Shown here in pieces: positions 28,393-38,015 of a stretch of DNA of 64,000 nt. The notes below the pieces were generated by a model. It was not told where the DNA came from and searched no databases. It was given only the letters and a program-made list of their open reading frames with translations. Every line of letters starts with the position of its first letter. Positions within the stretch are counted from its first letter, which is position 1. The position numbers and the translations under genes were made by a program. This DNA comes from Granulicella sp. (GTDB lineage Bacteria > Acidobacteriota > Terriglobia > Terriglobales > Acidobacteriaceae): positions 32,001 through 96,000 of the forward strand of contig DAHWNL010000006.1 in the NCBI GenBank assembly GCA_027339965.1, in the 5' to 3' direction.

Positions 28393-31300
28393 GCCAGAAG
28401 CTCCTGCTCCCAACACACGCCCTGCCGGCAAGCCGGTCTGTCACCCCAACGACGCCCTGTGCCCTACGGAGCCGGCGCCGGCTCGCGCTTCATCTTGGCC
28501 GGGAAGCGGCTACGTCGAGCTGCACGCCTCCAGCGCCTTCAGCTTCCTCGCCGCAGCAGCGCAGCCCGAGGCGCTGGTAGAGCAGGCCGCGGCGTTGTGC
28601 ATGCCCGCCATGGCTCTGGCCGATCGCAACGGCCTCTACGGCGCAGCACGCTTCCACACCGAAGCCCGGCGGCACAGTCTGCAAGCGCACATCGGCGCAG
28701 AGATCGCCGTGGCCTGCTTGGGCAAACAGCTTACCCCGCCATCTTGGCTGCCGCATCAGCATCCAGCCCAGCCGCCGCGCATCACTCTGCTCTGCGCCTC
28801 GCAGACCGGCTACCAGAACCTCTGCCAGCTCATCACCCGCTTCAAGATGCGCGCAGGCACAAAAGCGGAGAGCGCGGCAACACTTGACGATCTGGAGGAG
28901 TTCTCCGCCGGCCTGATCTGCCTGACCGGCGGCCAGGAAGGACCGCTCGCCGCCGCTCTCGCTCATGGCGGCCAGCAACAGATACATCCTGTGCTGGAGC
29001 GGCTGGCCTCCATCTACGGCCACGGCAATCTTTATCTCGAACTGCAGCGCCACCAGGAGCGTCAGCAGGAGCAGCGCAACCAGGCCCTGCTCTCCGCCGC
29101 CATCCGCTACCACCTGCCCGTAATCGCCACCAATGGTGTGCGCTACGCAGTCGAGAAGGACCGCAAACTACTGGACCTGATGACCGCAATTCGCCATCAC
29201 ACCACGCTGGAACGAGCAGGCCGCCTGCTCTCCGTCAACTCCCAGCGCCGCCTGCGCACCCCAGCGGAGATGGCCGCGCTCTTCCAGGACCTGCCGGAGG
29301 CCATTGCCAATACCATCATCGTGAGCAGCCGCCTCGGCTTCACCCTCGACAAGCTAGGCTACGAGTTTCCCCGTTACCCTGTGCCGCAGGGCGAGACCAT
29401 GGACAGCTTTCTCGCCCGCCGCGTCGCCGAGGGCGTCGAGCTTCGCTATGGCTCCTCCTGTAAGCGGCATCTGCTCGCCAGGGCGCGCACCCAGGTGGCC
29501 CATGAGCTGGCTCTCATCGCAAAGCTCGGCTTCTCGGGCTACTTTCTCATCGTCTGGGATCTCATCCGCTTTTGCCAGAGCCATGGATTTCTCGTGCAGG
29601 GACGCGGCTCTGCAGCCAACTCCGCGGTCTGCTACGCCCTGCAGATCACAGCCGTCGATCCGGTCGGCATGGAGCTGCTCTTCGAGCGCTTTCTCAGCGA
29701 AGACCGTGGCGAGTGGCCGGACATCGACCTGGATCTCGCCTCCGGTGAAGAGCGCGAACAGGTCATCCAGTACCTCTATCAGCGCTACGGACCGCTCGGA
29801 GCGGCCATGACCGCCAACGTCATCACCTACCGCAGCCGCTCAGCCGCGCGCGAGGTGGGCAAGGCGATGGGCTTTGAGCCCGAACAGATCGCGCGTCTCT
29901 CCTCTTTGCTGGGCCACTGGGAGTGGCGCGGACCCCATGACACCCTTGAACAGCACTTCGCACAGGCCGGCCTGGACATCCGCCATCCCCGCATCGCCTG
30001 CTATCTGGATCTCTGCAGCCGCCTCAAGGAGATGCCGCGGCATCTCGGCCAGCACTCCGGCGGCATGGTCATTTGCGCCGGCATGCTCAACCGGGTGGTT
30101 CCCATCGAACCTGCCTCCATGCCTGGCCGTACCGTGATTCAGTGGGACAAGGAAGACTGCGCCGACATGGGCCTCATCAAAGTGGATCTGCTCGGCCTGG
30201 GCATGATGGCCGCGCTTCGGGAGACCATCGATCTGATTCCCCTCCACTACGGCCGGCAGGTGGACCTGGCTGCGTTGCCGGAGGATCCTCTGGTCTACCA
30301 GACGCTGCGGCAAGCGGACACCGTGGGCATGTTCCAGGTGGAGAGCCGCGCCCAGATGGCCTCGCTTCCGCACAACGCCCCGCAGCGCTTCTACGATCTT
30401 GTCGTGCAGGTGGCCATCATCCGACCCGGCCCCATCGTGGGCAAGATGATGCATCCCTACATGCGCCGCCGTCAGGGCAAGGAGCCGGTGAGCTATCCGC
30501 ATCCTCTGCTGGAGCCTGTGCTCAAGCGCACCTTGGGAGTGCCGCTCTTTCAGGAGCAACTGCTGCGCATGGCCATGGCCGTAGCCGATTTTACCGGCGC
30601 CGAAGCGGAGCAACTGCGCCGCGCGGTCGGCATGCGCCGCTCCATGCAGCGCATGAAGGATCTGGAAGGACGCCTGCGCGCCGGCATGACGCGCAACGGC
30701 ATCGGAGCCCAGACTCAGGACAACATCGTGCAGGCCATCAGTTCCTTCGCTATGTACGGCTTTCCTGAGTCGCACGCGGCCAGCTTCGCGCTGATTGCCT
30801 ACGCATCGGCCTACCTCAAGGTCCATTATCTGGCTGCGTTCACCTGCGGCCTGCTCAACAACCAGCCCATGGGCTTCTACTCGCCCGCCGTCCTCGTCAA
30901 GGATGCCCAGCGCCACGGCCTGTGCGTTCATCCCATCGATGTGCAACGCTCCTTCTGGCGCTGCACGCTGGAAAAGGAACCTGACGGCGCGCTCTCTCTG
31001 CGCCTTGGCCTGAACTATGCCAAAGGCCTGCGCCAGAGCTCGGCTCAGGCTCTTCTGGCCGCCAGAACCAACGATGGTCTCTTCCCTTCCGTGGACCTGC
31101 TTGTCCAGCGCGTGCCTGAACTCAGCCGCAAGGAGGTCACTCTGCTGGCCCACATCGGAGCACTCAACTGGCTAGGCAGCCCGGAGCGCTGCACCGGCCA
31201 ACCACCCCGCGTCCTGCATCGCCGTGAAGCTCTCTGGCAGGCAGCCCAGGCCGCTCGCCCCGTGGGGCCGTTGCTGCGCCCGGCTCATCCATCCAGCGAT

Positions 31301-31738
31301 ACCACCTGCGACTCATCGGCCTCCACCGAGCAGGTCCGTCTGCGGCCCATGACCGCCTCCGAACGGCTGGCCGCCGACTTTGCCGGCACCGGCCTCACCA
31401 CTGGCCCGCATCTCCTGGCCTATCGCCGCTCCGCCTTATGCCGTCAGGGCATCCTGCCCGCCGATGCTCTGACGCACTGCCCCAACCACAGTCACGTTCG
31501 CATCGCCGGCTGCGTCATCGCCCGCCAACGGCCGGGCACGGCCAAAGGATTCGTCTTTCTCTCCCTGGAGGATGAAACCGGCATCGCCAACGTCATCATC
31601 ACCCCCGGCCTGTTTGAAGAGCAACGCCTGCTGGTCACGCGCAGCCGGTTTCTACTCGTCGCCGGCCCGGTACAGAATCAGGACGGCGTCATCCACGTCA
31701 AAGCGCAAAACATCTCGCCGCTGGAAGCTTGTGAATAA
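28385..31738 (+). CDS. dnaE2: Error-prone DNA polymerase (DnaE2/ImuC)
   Basis: YVELH.SSAFSFL, GRGSAANS, LLFERF, PDIDLD, QHSGG, FQVESRAQ, YGFPESHAASF and C-terminal OB fold RQRPGTAKG. Confidence 0.95.
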   Translation: MTEPEAPAPNTRPAGKPVCHPNDALCPTEPAPARASSWPGSGYVELHASSAFSFLAAAAQPEALVEQAAALCMPAMALADRNGLYGAARFHTEARRHSLQAHIGAEIAVACLGKQLTPPSWLPHQHPAQPPRITLLCASQTGYQNLCQLITRFKMRAGTKAESAATLDDLEEFSAGLICLTGGQEGPLAAALAHGGQQQIHPVLERLASIYGHGNLYLELQRHQERQQEQRNQALLSAAIRYHLPVIATNGVRYAVEKDRKLLDLMTAIRHHTTLERAGRLLSVNSQRRLRTPAEMAALFQDLPEAIANTIIVSSRLGFTLDKLGYEFPRYPVPQGETMDSFLARRVAEGVELRYGSSCKRHLLARARTQVAHELALIAKLGFSGYFLIVWDLIRFCQSHGFLVQGRGSAANSAVCYALQITAVDPVGMELLFERFLSEDRGEWPDIDLDLASGEEREQVIQYLYQRYGPLGAAMTANVITYRSRSAAREVGKAMGFEPEQIARLSSLLGHWEWRGPHDTLEQHFAQAGLDIRHPRIACYLDLCSRLKEMPRHLGQHSGGMVICAGMLNRVVPIEPASMPGRTVIQWDKEDCADMGLIKVDLLGLGMMAALRETIDLIPLHYGRQVDLAALPEDPLVYQTLRQADTVGMFQVESRAQMASLPHNAPQRFYDLVVQVAIIRPGPIVGKMMHPYMRRRQGKEPVSYPHPLLEPVLKRTLGVPLFQEQLLRMAMAVADFTGAEAEQLRRAVGMRRSMQRMKDLEGRLRAGMTRNGIGAQTQDNIVQAISSFAMYGFPESHAASFALIAYASAYLKVHYLAAFTCGLLNNQPMGFYSPAVLVKDAQRHGLCVHPIDVQRSFWRCTLEKEPDGALSLRLGLNYAKGLRQSSAQALLAARTNDGLFPSVDLLVQRVPELSRKEVTLLAHIGALNWLGSPERCTGQPPRVLHRREALWQAAQAARPVGPLLRPAHPSSDTTCDSSASTEQVRLRPMTASERLAADFAGTGLTTGPHLLAYRRSALCRQGILPADALTHCPNHSHVRIAGCVIARQRPGTAKGFVFLSLEDETGIANVIITPGLFEEQRLLVTRSRFLLVAGPVQNQDGVIHVKAQNISPLEACE

Positions 31739-31814
31739 ACTCTTGACTCACGCAGCAAGCTCTGCGCAGCCGCAGCATCCCATGGAGCGCGGCCGAGCGC
31801 CCGCTCAGCCACTA

Positions 31815-33290
31815 CTACAGGCCTCCTGCAACATCCTCCTGCCGTAACCGGCCTGCCAGCCGCGCCAGCAACTCCGTGTCCAGCGCCCCTTGGGGATGCT
31901 CCAGCCTGGCCCACAGCACGGCGAAGTTTCCCAGCGTGGAACTCTCAGCCGAGCGGCGCTGCACCGGGACACCGCAAGCCGAGGCCGTCAGCTCATTCAG
32001 GAACCGGTTACGGCTGCCTCCGCCCACCACGCAGATGCGGCTCAACTTCTTGCCGGTCAGGCTGCGCAGCTCTCCCAGCAGAGAGGCATAGCGCTGCGCC
32101 AGGCTGTGAAAGATCAGATTGGCATAGGCCGGAGCCGACTCTCTGCCCACCCCCAGCGGGGCAACTCCAAGAGCTTTCAACTGCAGGTTGATCCGCTCCG
32201 GCATGTTGCCGGGCAAGAGCAGATCTGATCCGTCCAGGTCCAGCACACGCTCTGGCGCCGGAAGCCTTCGCACCTCGCACATCAGATCTTCCAGGGGATA
32301 CGGGGCCGACTGCTCCCAAACATCCATGCACTGCCTCAGGAGCCACATACCCACCATGCCACGATGGAAGAGCGTATCTCCCGTCGCCGCACGCAGATTG
32401 GTAAAGCCTTTGCTGCAGGCCTCCTGCGTCTTCAGCGGTGCCCGCAACCTTGTACCCACCAGCGACCAGGTTCCTGAACTGATATACGCCCAGTCGGCAT
32501 CCTCGGCATCGATACCGGCGATCGCCGCTGCCGTGTCGTGGCAGGCGGTCGCCACAAGCTGCGTATGTTCAAACGCGGCCAGGGCGCGCAACGGATGCCG
32601 TACCCCTCCCAGGACGGAACCGGTAGCCACCAACTCGGGAGCCTCCGCCACATCCAACCCGAGCGCGGTAAAGATCTCTGCTGACCAGCACATCCCGACA
32701 GGCTCTACCTCTTGATCCACCCACTCGCGCCTTTGCTGAAACTCCAGCAGCGCCGTATGCGACGCATTCGTGACCTCGGCCACGCGCGGAGCCCCCAGCC
32801 AGTACAGAACATACTCCGGCAGATTCACCCAGGGCATCCCTGCCGGAACGCCACTTCTGCCGTCCGCATAAAGCTGGTAGACGGTGTTCAGCGGCTGCAC
32901 TTGCACCCCGGTGACCGCATACAGCCGCTCCGCAGGCACACGCCCGTGCGCCTCCTCCATCGCCGTCCCGGTGCGAGGATCGCGATAGCAGAATGGCTGC
33001 GCCCAGGGCCGTCCCTGAGCATTCAGGCGGACATAGTCCACAGCCCAGCCCGTCACTCCAATGTAGGCAATTCCTTCCGAAGCCAGCGCAGCGCACTGCC
33101 GCAGCCCCTGCTCCAACTCGCCAAGGATGTGCTCCAGGTCCCAATACAGACCCTCCGCACGCTGCACCGGCCGATTCCCAAACCGATGCACCATGTGGAT
33201 CAACGGAGTCTCCGCCTGCCAGCGCAGAAGCGAAACACGGCAGCTCTCCGCGCCGAGATCGATACCCACCAGGGCGGGACGGTGGCTCAC
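31815..33290 (-). CDS. rhaB: Rhamnulokinase (FGGY carbohydrate kinase)
   Basis: GIDLGAESCR, WAVDY, YRDPRT, HDTA, SSGTWSL and GGGSRN; GTG start overlapping the upstream stop codon. Confidence 0.88.
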   Translation of the reverse strand: MSHRPALVGIDLGAESCRVSLLRWQAETPLIHMVHRFGNRPVQRAEGLYWDLEHILGELEQGLRQCAALASEGIAYIGVTGWAVDYVRLNAQGRPWAQPFCYRDPRTGTAMEEAHGRVPAERLYAVTGVQVQPLNTVYQLYADGRSGVPAGMPWVNLPEYVLYWLGAPRVAEVTNASHTALLEFQQRREWVDQEVEPVGMCWSAEIFTALGLDVAEAPELVATGSVLGGVRHPLRALAAFEHTQLVATACHDTAAAIAGIDAEDADWAYISSGTWSLVGTRLRAPLKTQEACSKGFTNLRAATGDTLFHRGMVGMWLLRQCMDVWEQSAPYPLEDLMCEVRRLPAPERVLDLDGSDLLLPGNMPERINLQLKALGVAPLGVGRESAPAYANLIFHSLAQRYASLLGELRSLTGKKLSRICVVGGGSRNRFLNELTASACGVPVQRRSAESSTLGNFAVLWARLEHPQGALDTELLARLAGRLRQEDVAGGL

Positions 33291-35488
33291 CGTAGAAATG
33301 CCTCCGGCAAGCCGCCGTCGACGGGAATCAGATGGCCGCTGGTGCAGCGCGCCTTCGGACCCGCCAGGAATAGAATCGCCTGCGCGCAATCCTCCGGCTC
33401 AATTGGCTGGTGCGTCAGCGTCCGGCGCGCATAGAACTCCGCCAACTGGGTACGCAGCTCTTCGTCCGTGCTCTCTCGTTTGAACTCCAGCTTGTACTTG
33501 GTCAGGGAAGCCATCACCCGGTCGCGGGGGAACATCGTCGAACCCTTGACCACCGTCGCCGGATGGATGCCATTCACCCGCACCTTCGGGCTCAGCGAGA
33601 CCGCCAGCTCCCGCACCAGATGGCTGAGCGCGGCCTTACTGACGTCATAAGCCTCACTGCCCCGCTTCGGCACCACGGCATTCGCCGAGCTGGTCAGCAC
33701 CATGCTCGCCTCCAGATTTTGCTCAGCGAAGATCTTCGCCGCCTCCTCCGCCAGCAGGAAGTTCGCCGTGACGTTCAGCTCCAGCGTCGTGCCCCACATC
33801 GCATCACTCACCACCCCATCCGGTGGCGCCGGGAAGATGGCTGCGGTATTCACCAGAATATCGAGTCCGCCAAAAGCAGCGATGGTCTCCCGGATCGCAG
33901 AGCGGATCGACTCCCGGCTGCGTATATCGACGGCAACCGCGATCGCCGCCTCCCGTCCCGTAATCGCCTGCGCCTCCCGGGCCGCGGCCTCCGCTCCAGC
34001 CAGGTCGCGGTCTGCCACCGCCACGTGCGCTCCGCGCTCAGCAGCCAGCAGAGCCGCCGCCCGCCCGATACCGCTGGCCCCGCCAACGATCAGTGCGATC
34101 TGGCGGCTCAACTCCTTCTCCGGCGGCTGACGCCGAATCTTGGCCTCCTCCAGTGCCCAATACTCGATTCGAAATGCCTCTGCGGCGGGTAACGCCACAT
34201 AGTTCGCAAAGAACGGGAAATCCTCAGACGACGCCGCGGGTCCGGCCTGGGGAAGATTCGAGTTCGCCTGACTTCCCTCCGCGGCCAGCGCCGTCGCTCC
34301 CTTCATCACCTGGATCGCATTGCGGTAAAACTCTCCGGTAATGCGCGCCTCGGTCTTGTTCTTGCCAAAGGAGAACATGCCGACTCCGGGCAGCAAAACC
34401 ACGGTGGGATTGGGATCCCGCATCGCCGGGGAGTCCGGCAAGGCATGCCGCCGGTAGTACTCCGCATACTCCCGACGATAGTTGTGCATTGCCTCGCTCA
34501 GCGCCGACTTCACGGCAGCCAGATCGGTATCGGCCTTCAGCTCCACAAACAGCGGGCGAATCTTGGTACGAATGAAGTGATCCGGGCAGCTCGTGCCCAG
34601 GTGGGACAGCGCTTTGGCATCTTTGCTGTTGATGAACTCCTGCACCTCCGGAAGATCCGTAAAGCTCCCTATCAGCCTCTTCTTCTCGCTCACCAGACCG
34701 CGTAGATGCGGCATCACCTGCAGCGCCAGCTCACCGCGGTCAGACCTTGGCTGCAGCAAAGCTCCGCCAAAGGCAGGTCCTCTTCTGCTCTCCTCGTGGG
34801 CCTGCACAAACTGGCCCAGATGATCGATGATGGTGATGGTGTTCAGGTAAGAGGCGCGCTGCGTCTCTCCCCAAGTGAAAAGACCATGACCGCCCAGCAC
34901 GATGCCGGTACAGTCCGGATTCTCTTCGACAGCTCGCAGCATCATCATCGCCAGTTCAAAGCCCGGCCGCTGCCATGGTAGCCATACCAGCTTGTGGCCA
35001 AACTGCTTGTTGAACTCCTCCATCTTCTCCCGGCCATTAGCAGCCGCGGCCATGGCGATCCCCCAGTCCGGATGGAGATGATCCACATGCGCAACGGGAA
35101 GAAAGGCATGCAGGGGAGTGTCAATCGACGCCGCTACCGGGTTGCCCGCAAAGGAGCATAGCGGATACTTCGCCACCATCGCGTCTTCTTCAGCCACACC
35201 CGAGTACTGCTGCTTCAGAGCGCGCACGCGGTCCAGGTACAGTGTGGCGAATCCCTTGCGCTCAATGCTCCCAAGGTCGCCTCCACTGCCCTTCACCCAT
35301 AGCACCTCGCAGGGCTCACCGGTGAGTGGATCCTTCTGGCGGATCTTGGAGCTGGTATTGCCGCCGCCAAAGTTGGTGATCCGCAGATCAGCACCCAGCA
35401 GATTCGAGCGATATCGCAAAAGATCCGGCTCATCCAACTGGGAAGCAGTGTTCTCATCCCAGAGATCTTTCAAAAAGCGCAGCGCCAT
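33287..35488 (-). CDS. rhaD: Bifunctional rhamnulose-1-phosphate aldolase / short-chain dehydrogenase (RhaEW/YuxG-type)
   Basis: GGGNTSSK, KGSGGD, SIDTPLH, HLHPD, CPDH, EYWALEEAK, then SDR GGASGIG and YDVSK. Confidence 0.9.
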   Translation of the reverse strand: MALRFLKDLWDENTASQLDEPDLLRYRSNLLGADLRITNFGGGNTSSKIRQKDPLTGEPCEVLWVKGSGGDLGSIERKGFATLYLDRVRALKQQYSGVAEEDAMVAKYPLCSFAGNPVAASIDTPLHAFLPVAHVDHLHPDWGIAMAAAANGREKMEEFNKQFGHKLVWLPWQRPGFELAMMMLRAVEENPDCTGIVLGGHGLFTWGETQRASYLNTITIIDHLGQFVQAHEESRRGPAFGGALLQPRSDRGELALQVMPHLRGLVSEKKRLIGSFTDLPEVQEFINSKDAKALSHLGTSCPDHFIRTKIRPLFVELKADTDLAAVKSALSEAMHNYRREYAEYYRRHALPDSPAMRDPNPTVVLLPGVGMFSFGKNKTEARITGEFYRNAIQVMKGATALAAEGSQANSNLPQAGPAASSEDFPFFANYVALPAAEAFRIEYWALEEAKIRRQPPEKELSRQIALIVGGASGIGRAAALLAAERGAHVAVADRDLAGAEAAAREAQAITGREAAIAVAVDIRSRESIRSAIRETIAAFGGLDILVNTAAIFPAPPDGVVSDAMWGTTLELNVTANFLLAEEAAKIFAEQNLEASMVLTSSANAVVPKRGSEAYDVSKAALSHLVRELAVSLSPKVRVNGIHPATVVKGSTMFPRDRVMASLTKYKLEFKRESTDEELRTQLAEFYARRTLTHQPIEPEDCAQAILFLAGPKARCTSGHLIPVDGGLPEAFLR

Positions 35489-36085
35489 GTCCGTCACCAC
35501 CTGTCATCGTGAAATTCAGCTTCAACCGCAATTAAAGCATACCTCAACCAATAGGGCAATTATTTCTATATGGAAGAAACCGCATCCAGCCTCCGTTCGC
35601 AGGCACCTCCCCAATTCCTCGTCCTTGAATCCCGAGCCGCGCCCGAGACTCGTTGGAAATGTCGCCAGATTGTGTTCCAGTTGCCTGCAGAGGCGAGCAC
35701 CTGGCTAGGGCAGATTCGCGGGCCTGGATTCGGTCAGGAGGAGCAAGACCAGGACAGCCGCTTGTGGGAGACAGACGCCGACCACAAAGTTTGCTGTTTG
35801 GCGATCTCTGCGAGCGCCCCGAGTATACAGCCATAGAGCCCGCCCTCGCCAGAGCCAATGCTGCTTTCAGATCCGAGACTCTCTTCGGCCTTCTGCGCGC
35901 GCGCCCGATCGCGCCGTGCACAAGGCATTCCAGCTGCGAGACCGGACGGCGTCAGCCTGCCGGGATCCTGGAAGACAAAGTGGAACCGGAATGAGGATCC
36001 TCTGGAGATGCTTCGTGGAAAATTGGAGAAACGCTTCCTTGGAAGGCTCGGATGGCGGATGAGAACAACCGGAGCGTCCTTGTCT

Positions 36086-36130
36086 GGTCGCTCGAAATTT
36101 GACCGTTCGAAATTCGGCCGCTCGAATCTT
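36086..36130. repeat. Degenerate 15-bp tandem repeat x3
   Basis: ggtcgctcgaaattt / gaccgttcgaaattc / ggccgctcgaatctt. Confidence 0.8.
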
Positions 36131-36185
36131 CTGGACCCACAGTCGAAACTTCTTCATCCGGCCTCTGCGCTGCGGCTCGACTTCT

Positions 36186-37364
36186 TCAAGCGTAACTGCT
36201 CACCGACACCGCATTCCGCTTCCCCCGTTCTTCCCGGACCGTCTCCAAATAGCCGCTGGAACGTAGCGCCGTCAACGGGTCCTCAGGCAATCCGTGGCGA
36301 CTCCTCCAGGCGCGAACCGCGGGGCGAACATCACACCAGAAAGCGGATCGCAAACACTCTTCCGCCTCCACGAGGCGAGCCTCCTCCTGCAGCTTTGCCA
36401 ACCGCTCCTGATCAACCAGCACAGCCTTGGCGAACAGCTCTTGCGCGATGCATATGGTCTGCACCATGGCCTCCAGCTTGCCCTTCAAGTTGTGGCTTTG
36501 GTCAATCATGAACGCAGTCTGCTGCAGACCGGAAGCGCTTCCAACCAACTCATGGAAGATGCGAAATACCTGATAGGGGTCAATCGAACCAATGGTCAGG
36601 TCATCATCCGCGTAACGCCGATCGTTGAAGTGGAAGCCCCCCAGTGCTCTCTCCCGTAGCAGCCAGGCGACAATCTGCTCGATGTTCTGCGTTTGATAAT
36701 GGTGCCCGGTGTCCACCAGCACAAACGCCTTGGGGCCGGCATGTCTGGCCAGCAGGAGCGCCATACCCCAATCGGCGATATCGGTATGGTAAAAGGCCGG
36801 CTCGAAAGGCTTGTACTCGATCAGCATGCGCTGCTTCGGTCCCAGCTTGGCGTGGGTGGCCGCCATCGCCTCCATTAGATAGTCGATGCGCCGGGAGATG
36901 CTCTGCGTTCCAGGATAGTTCGATCCATCCGCGATCCAAAGAGAGACATCCTGCGAATCCAGTTTGCGAGCAATCTCGACGGAGTCCAGCAAGTGATCGA
37001 TCGCCATCTTTCGCACCTCAGCGCTGGGATTGCAGATCGATCCGTGCTTGTACTCCTGGCTCTGAAACAGGTTGGGATTGATCGAACCTGCGCGAATTCC
37101 ATACTTTTTCTGCAGATCCTGAATCAAGGGTACATCGCTCACCCCCCGGGGCAGATCCCACAGTACATGAAGCGCCAGCGTCGGGCTGGCGCCGGTCAGC
37201 GCATGGACCTGAGCGGCGTCAGCGAACTTCTCCTCAATTGAGGTCGCAGCCTCGGCCTGCACATACTTCCCGAAACGCGTACCGGTATTGGCAAATCCCC
37301 AGGATGGAATCTCGATCGCCAGTCTATCCAGAGCTTCAACAATCTTCTCTTCAATTGATTTCAC
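36186..37364 (-). CDS. rhaI: L-rhamnose isomerase (RhaI type)
   Basis: IEIPSWGFANTGTRF, WIADG.NYPG, EYKPFEP, VDTGHH, FHFNDR.Y.DDDL and DQSHN; GTG 37364 follows GGAGAG. Confidence 0.88.
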   Translation of the reverse strand: MKSIEEKIVEALDRLAIEIPSWGFANTGTRFGKYVQAEAATSIEEKFADAAQVHALTGASPTLALHVLWDLPRGVSDVPLIQDLQKKYGIRAGSINPNLFQSQEYKHGSICNPSAEVRKMAIDHLLDSVEIARKLDSQDVSLWIADGSNYPGTQSISRRIDYLMEAMAATHAKLGPKQRMLIEYKPFEPAFYHTDIADWGMALLLARHAGPKAFVLVDTGHHYQTQNIEQIVAWLLRERALGGFHFNDRRYADDDLTIGSIDPYQVFRIFHELVGSASGLQQTAFMIDQSHNLKGKLEAMVQTICIAQELFAKAVLVDQERLAKLQEEARLVEAEECLRSAFWCDVRPAVRAWRSRHGLPEDPLTALRSSGYLETVREERGKRNAVSVSSYA

Positions 37365-37413
37365 GAAATTACTCTCCAGAAAAACCATCTCTATTGAAAC
37401 ATGTTGGAGCTAA

Positions 37414-37442
37414 GTATTACTCTGTTCGACTCTAACAGTCAA
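37414..37442 (-). promoter_or_regulatory. Candidate rhaI promoter with inverted repeat in the spacer
   Basis: Minus strand TTGACT-N17-TAATAC; CTGTT-N7-AACAG at 37422-37438. Confidence 0.4.
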
Positions 37443-38015
37443 AGCCTCCCCAAAATCAGCCAACTTTCCGGCTTGGTTGGGCTGTGCCGCGGGGGATTGC
37501 GTTGGGGTGCGGCCTCGGCTCATCGGGCTGCGGCTCCTTCGTCACACCTTGCCGTTCTTCCCAGACGGCTTTTGCCAGGCTTCGGCAGTTTCCTCCTCCA
37601 CCCGGCCTCCGACGGACAGAGATAGAGATAGAGCTGAAGCATCCTTTCCCCGACCGCAAGGAGGCCGCGGGCGGCCCCGATGAATTTCAGACCCGGAGAT
37701 CGTGGCGCAGCCCCCCTGATGCGATCTGTTGAACCGAAGGTCCACGGGGCTGTTGGAAGATCCCAAGGCCAAGCGCGTCCCCCCTTCATCAAGGCGCTGC
37801 AAACCTCCGCTGCCGGCGGCAAGCTCGCCTCGCGGCCGGGCAAGGCACGGAGATTCTCCCCGAACGCGCTCACTTCTATCCGTGACAGGCTGGCTCTGCT
37901 CTCCATCTGGTCGCGCACCGGAGAGAGCCGTCCGGTTTGAACCCGGCGCCATGGCCTGGTCTGCATGCCAGACTCTGCGCCCCGAATACGATCCAGATAC
38001 TATTCTGTAAACGGG

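Noticed and set aside
35858..36511. 217-aa + strand ORF with GRSKF/DRSKF repeats
   Set aside because: Overlaps rhaI antisense; the peptide repeat simply reflects the 15-bp DNA repeat, and there is no recognisable domain.
37443..38015. Hidden regulator gene or sRNA between rhaI and the deacylase
   Set aside because: Only short non-motif ORFs and a (gagata) microsatellite-like run; nothing supportable.
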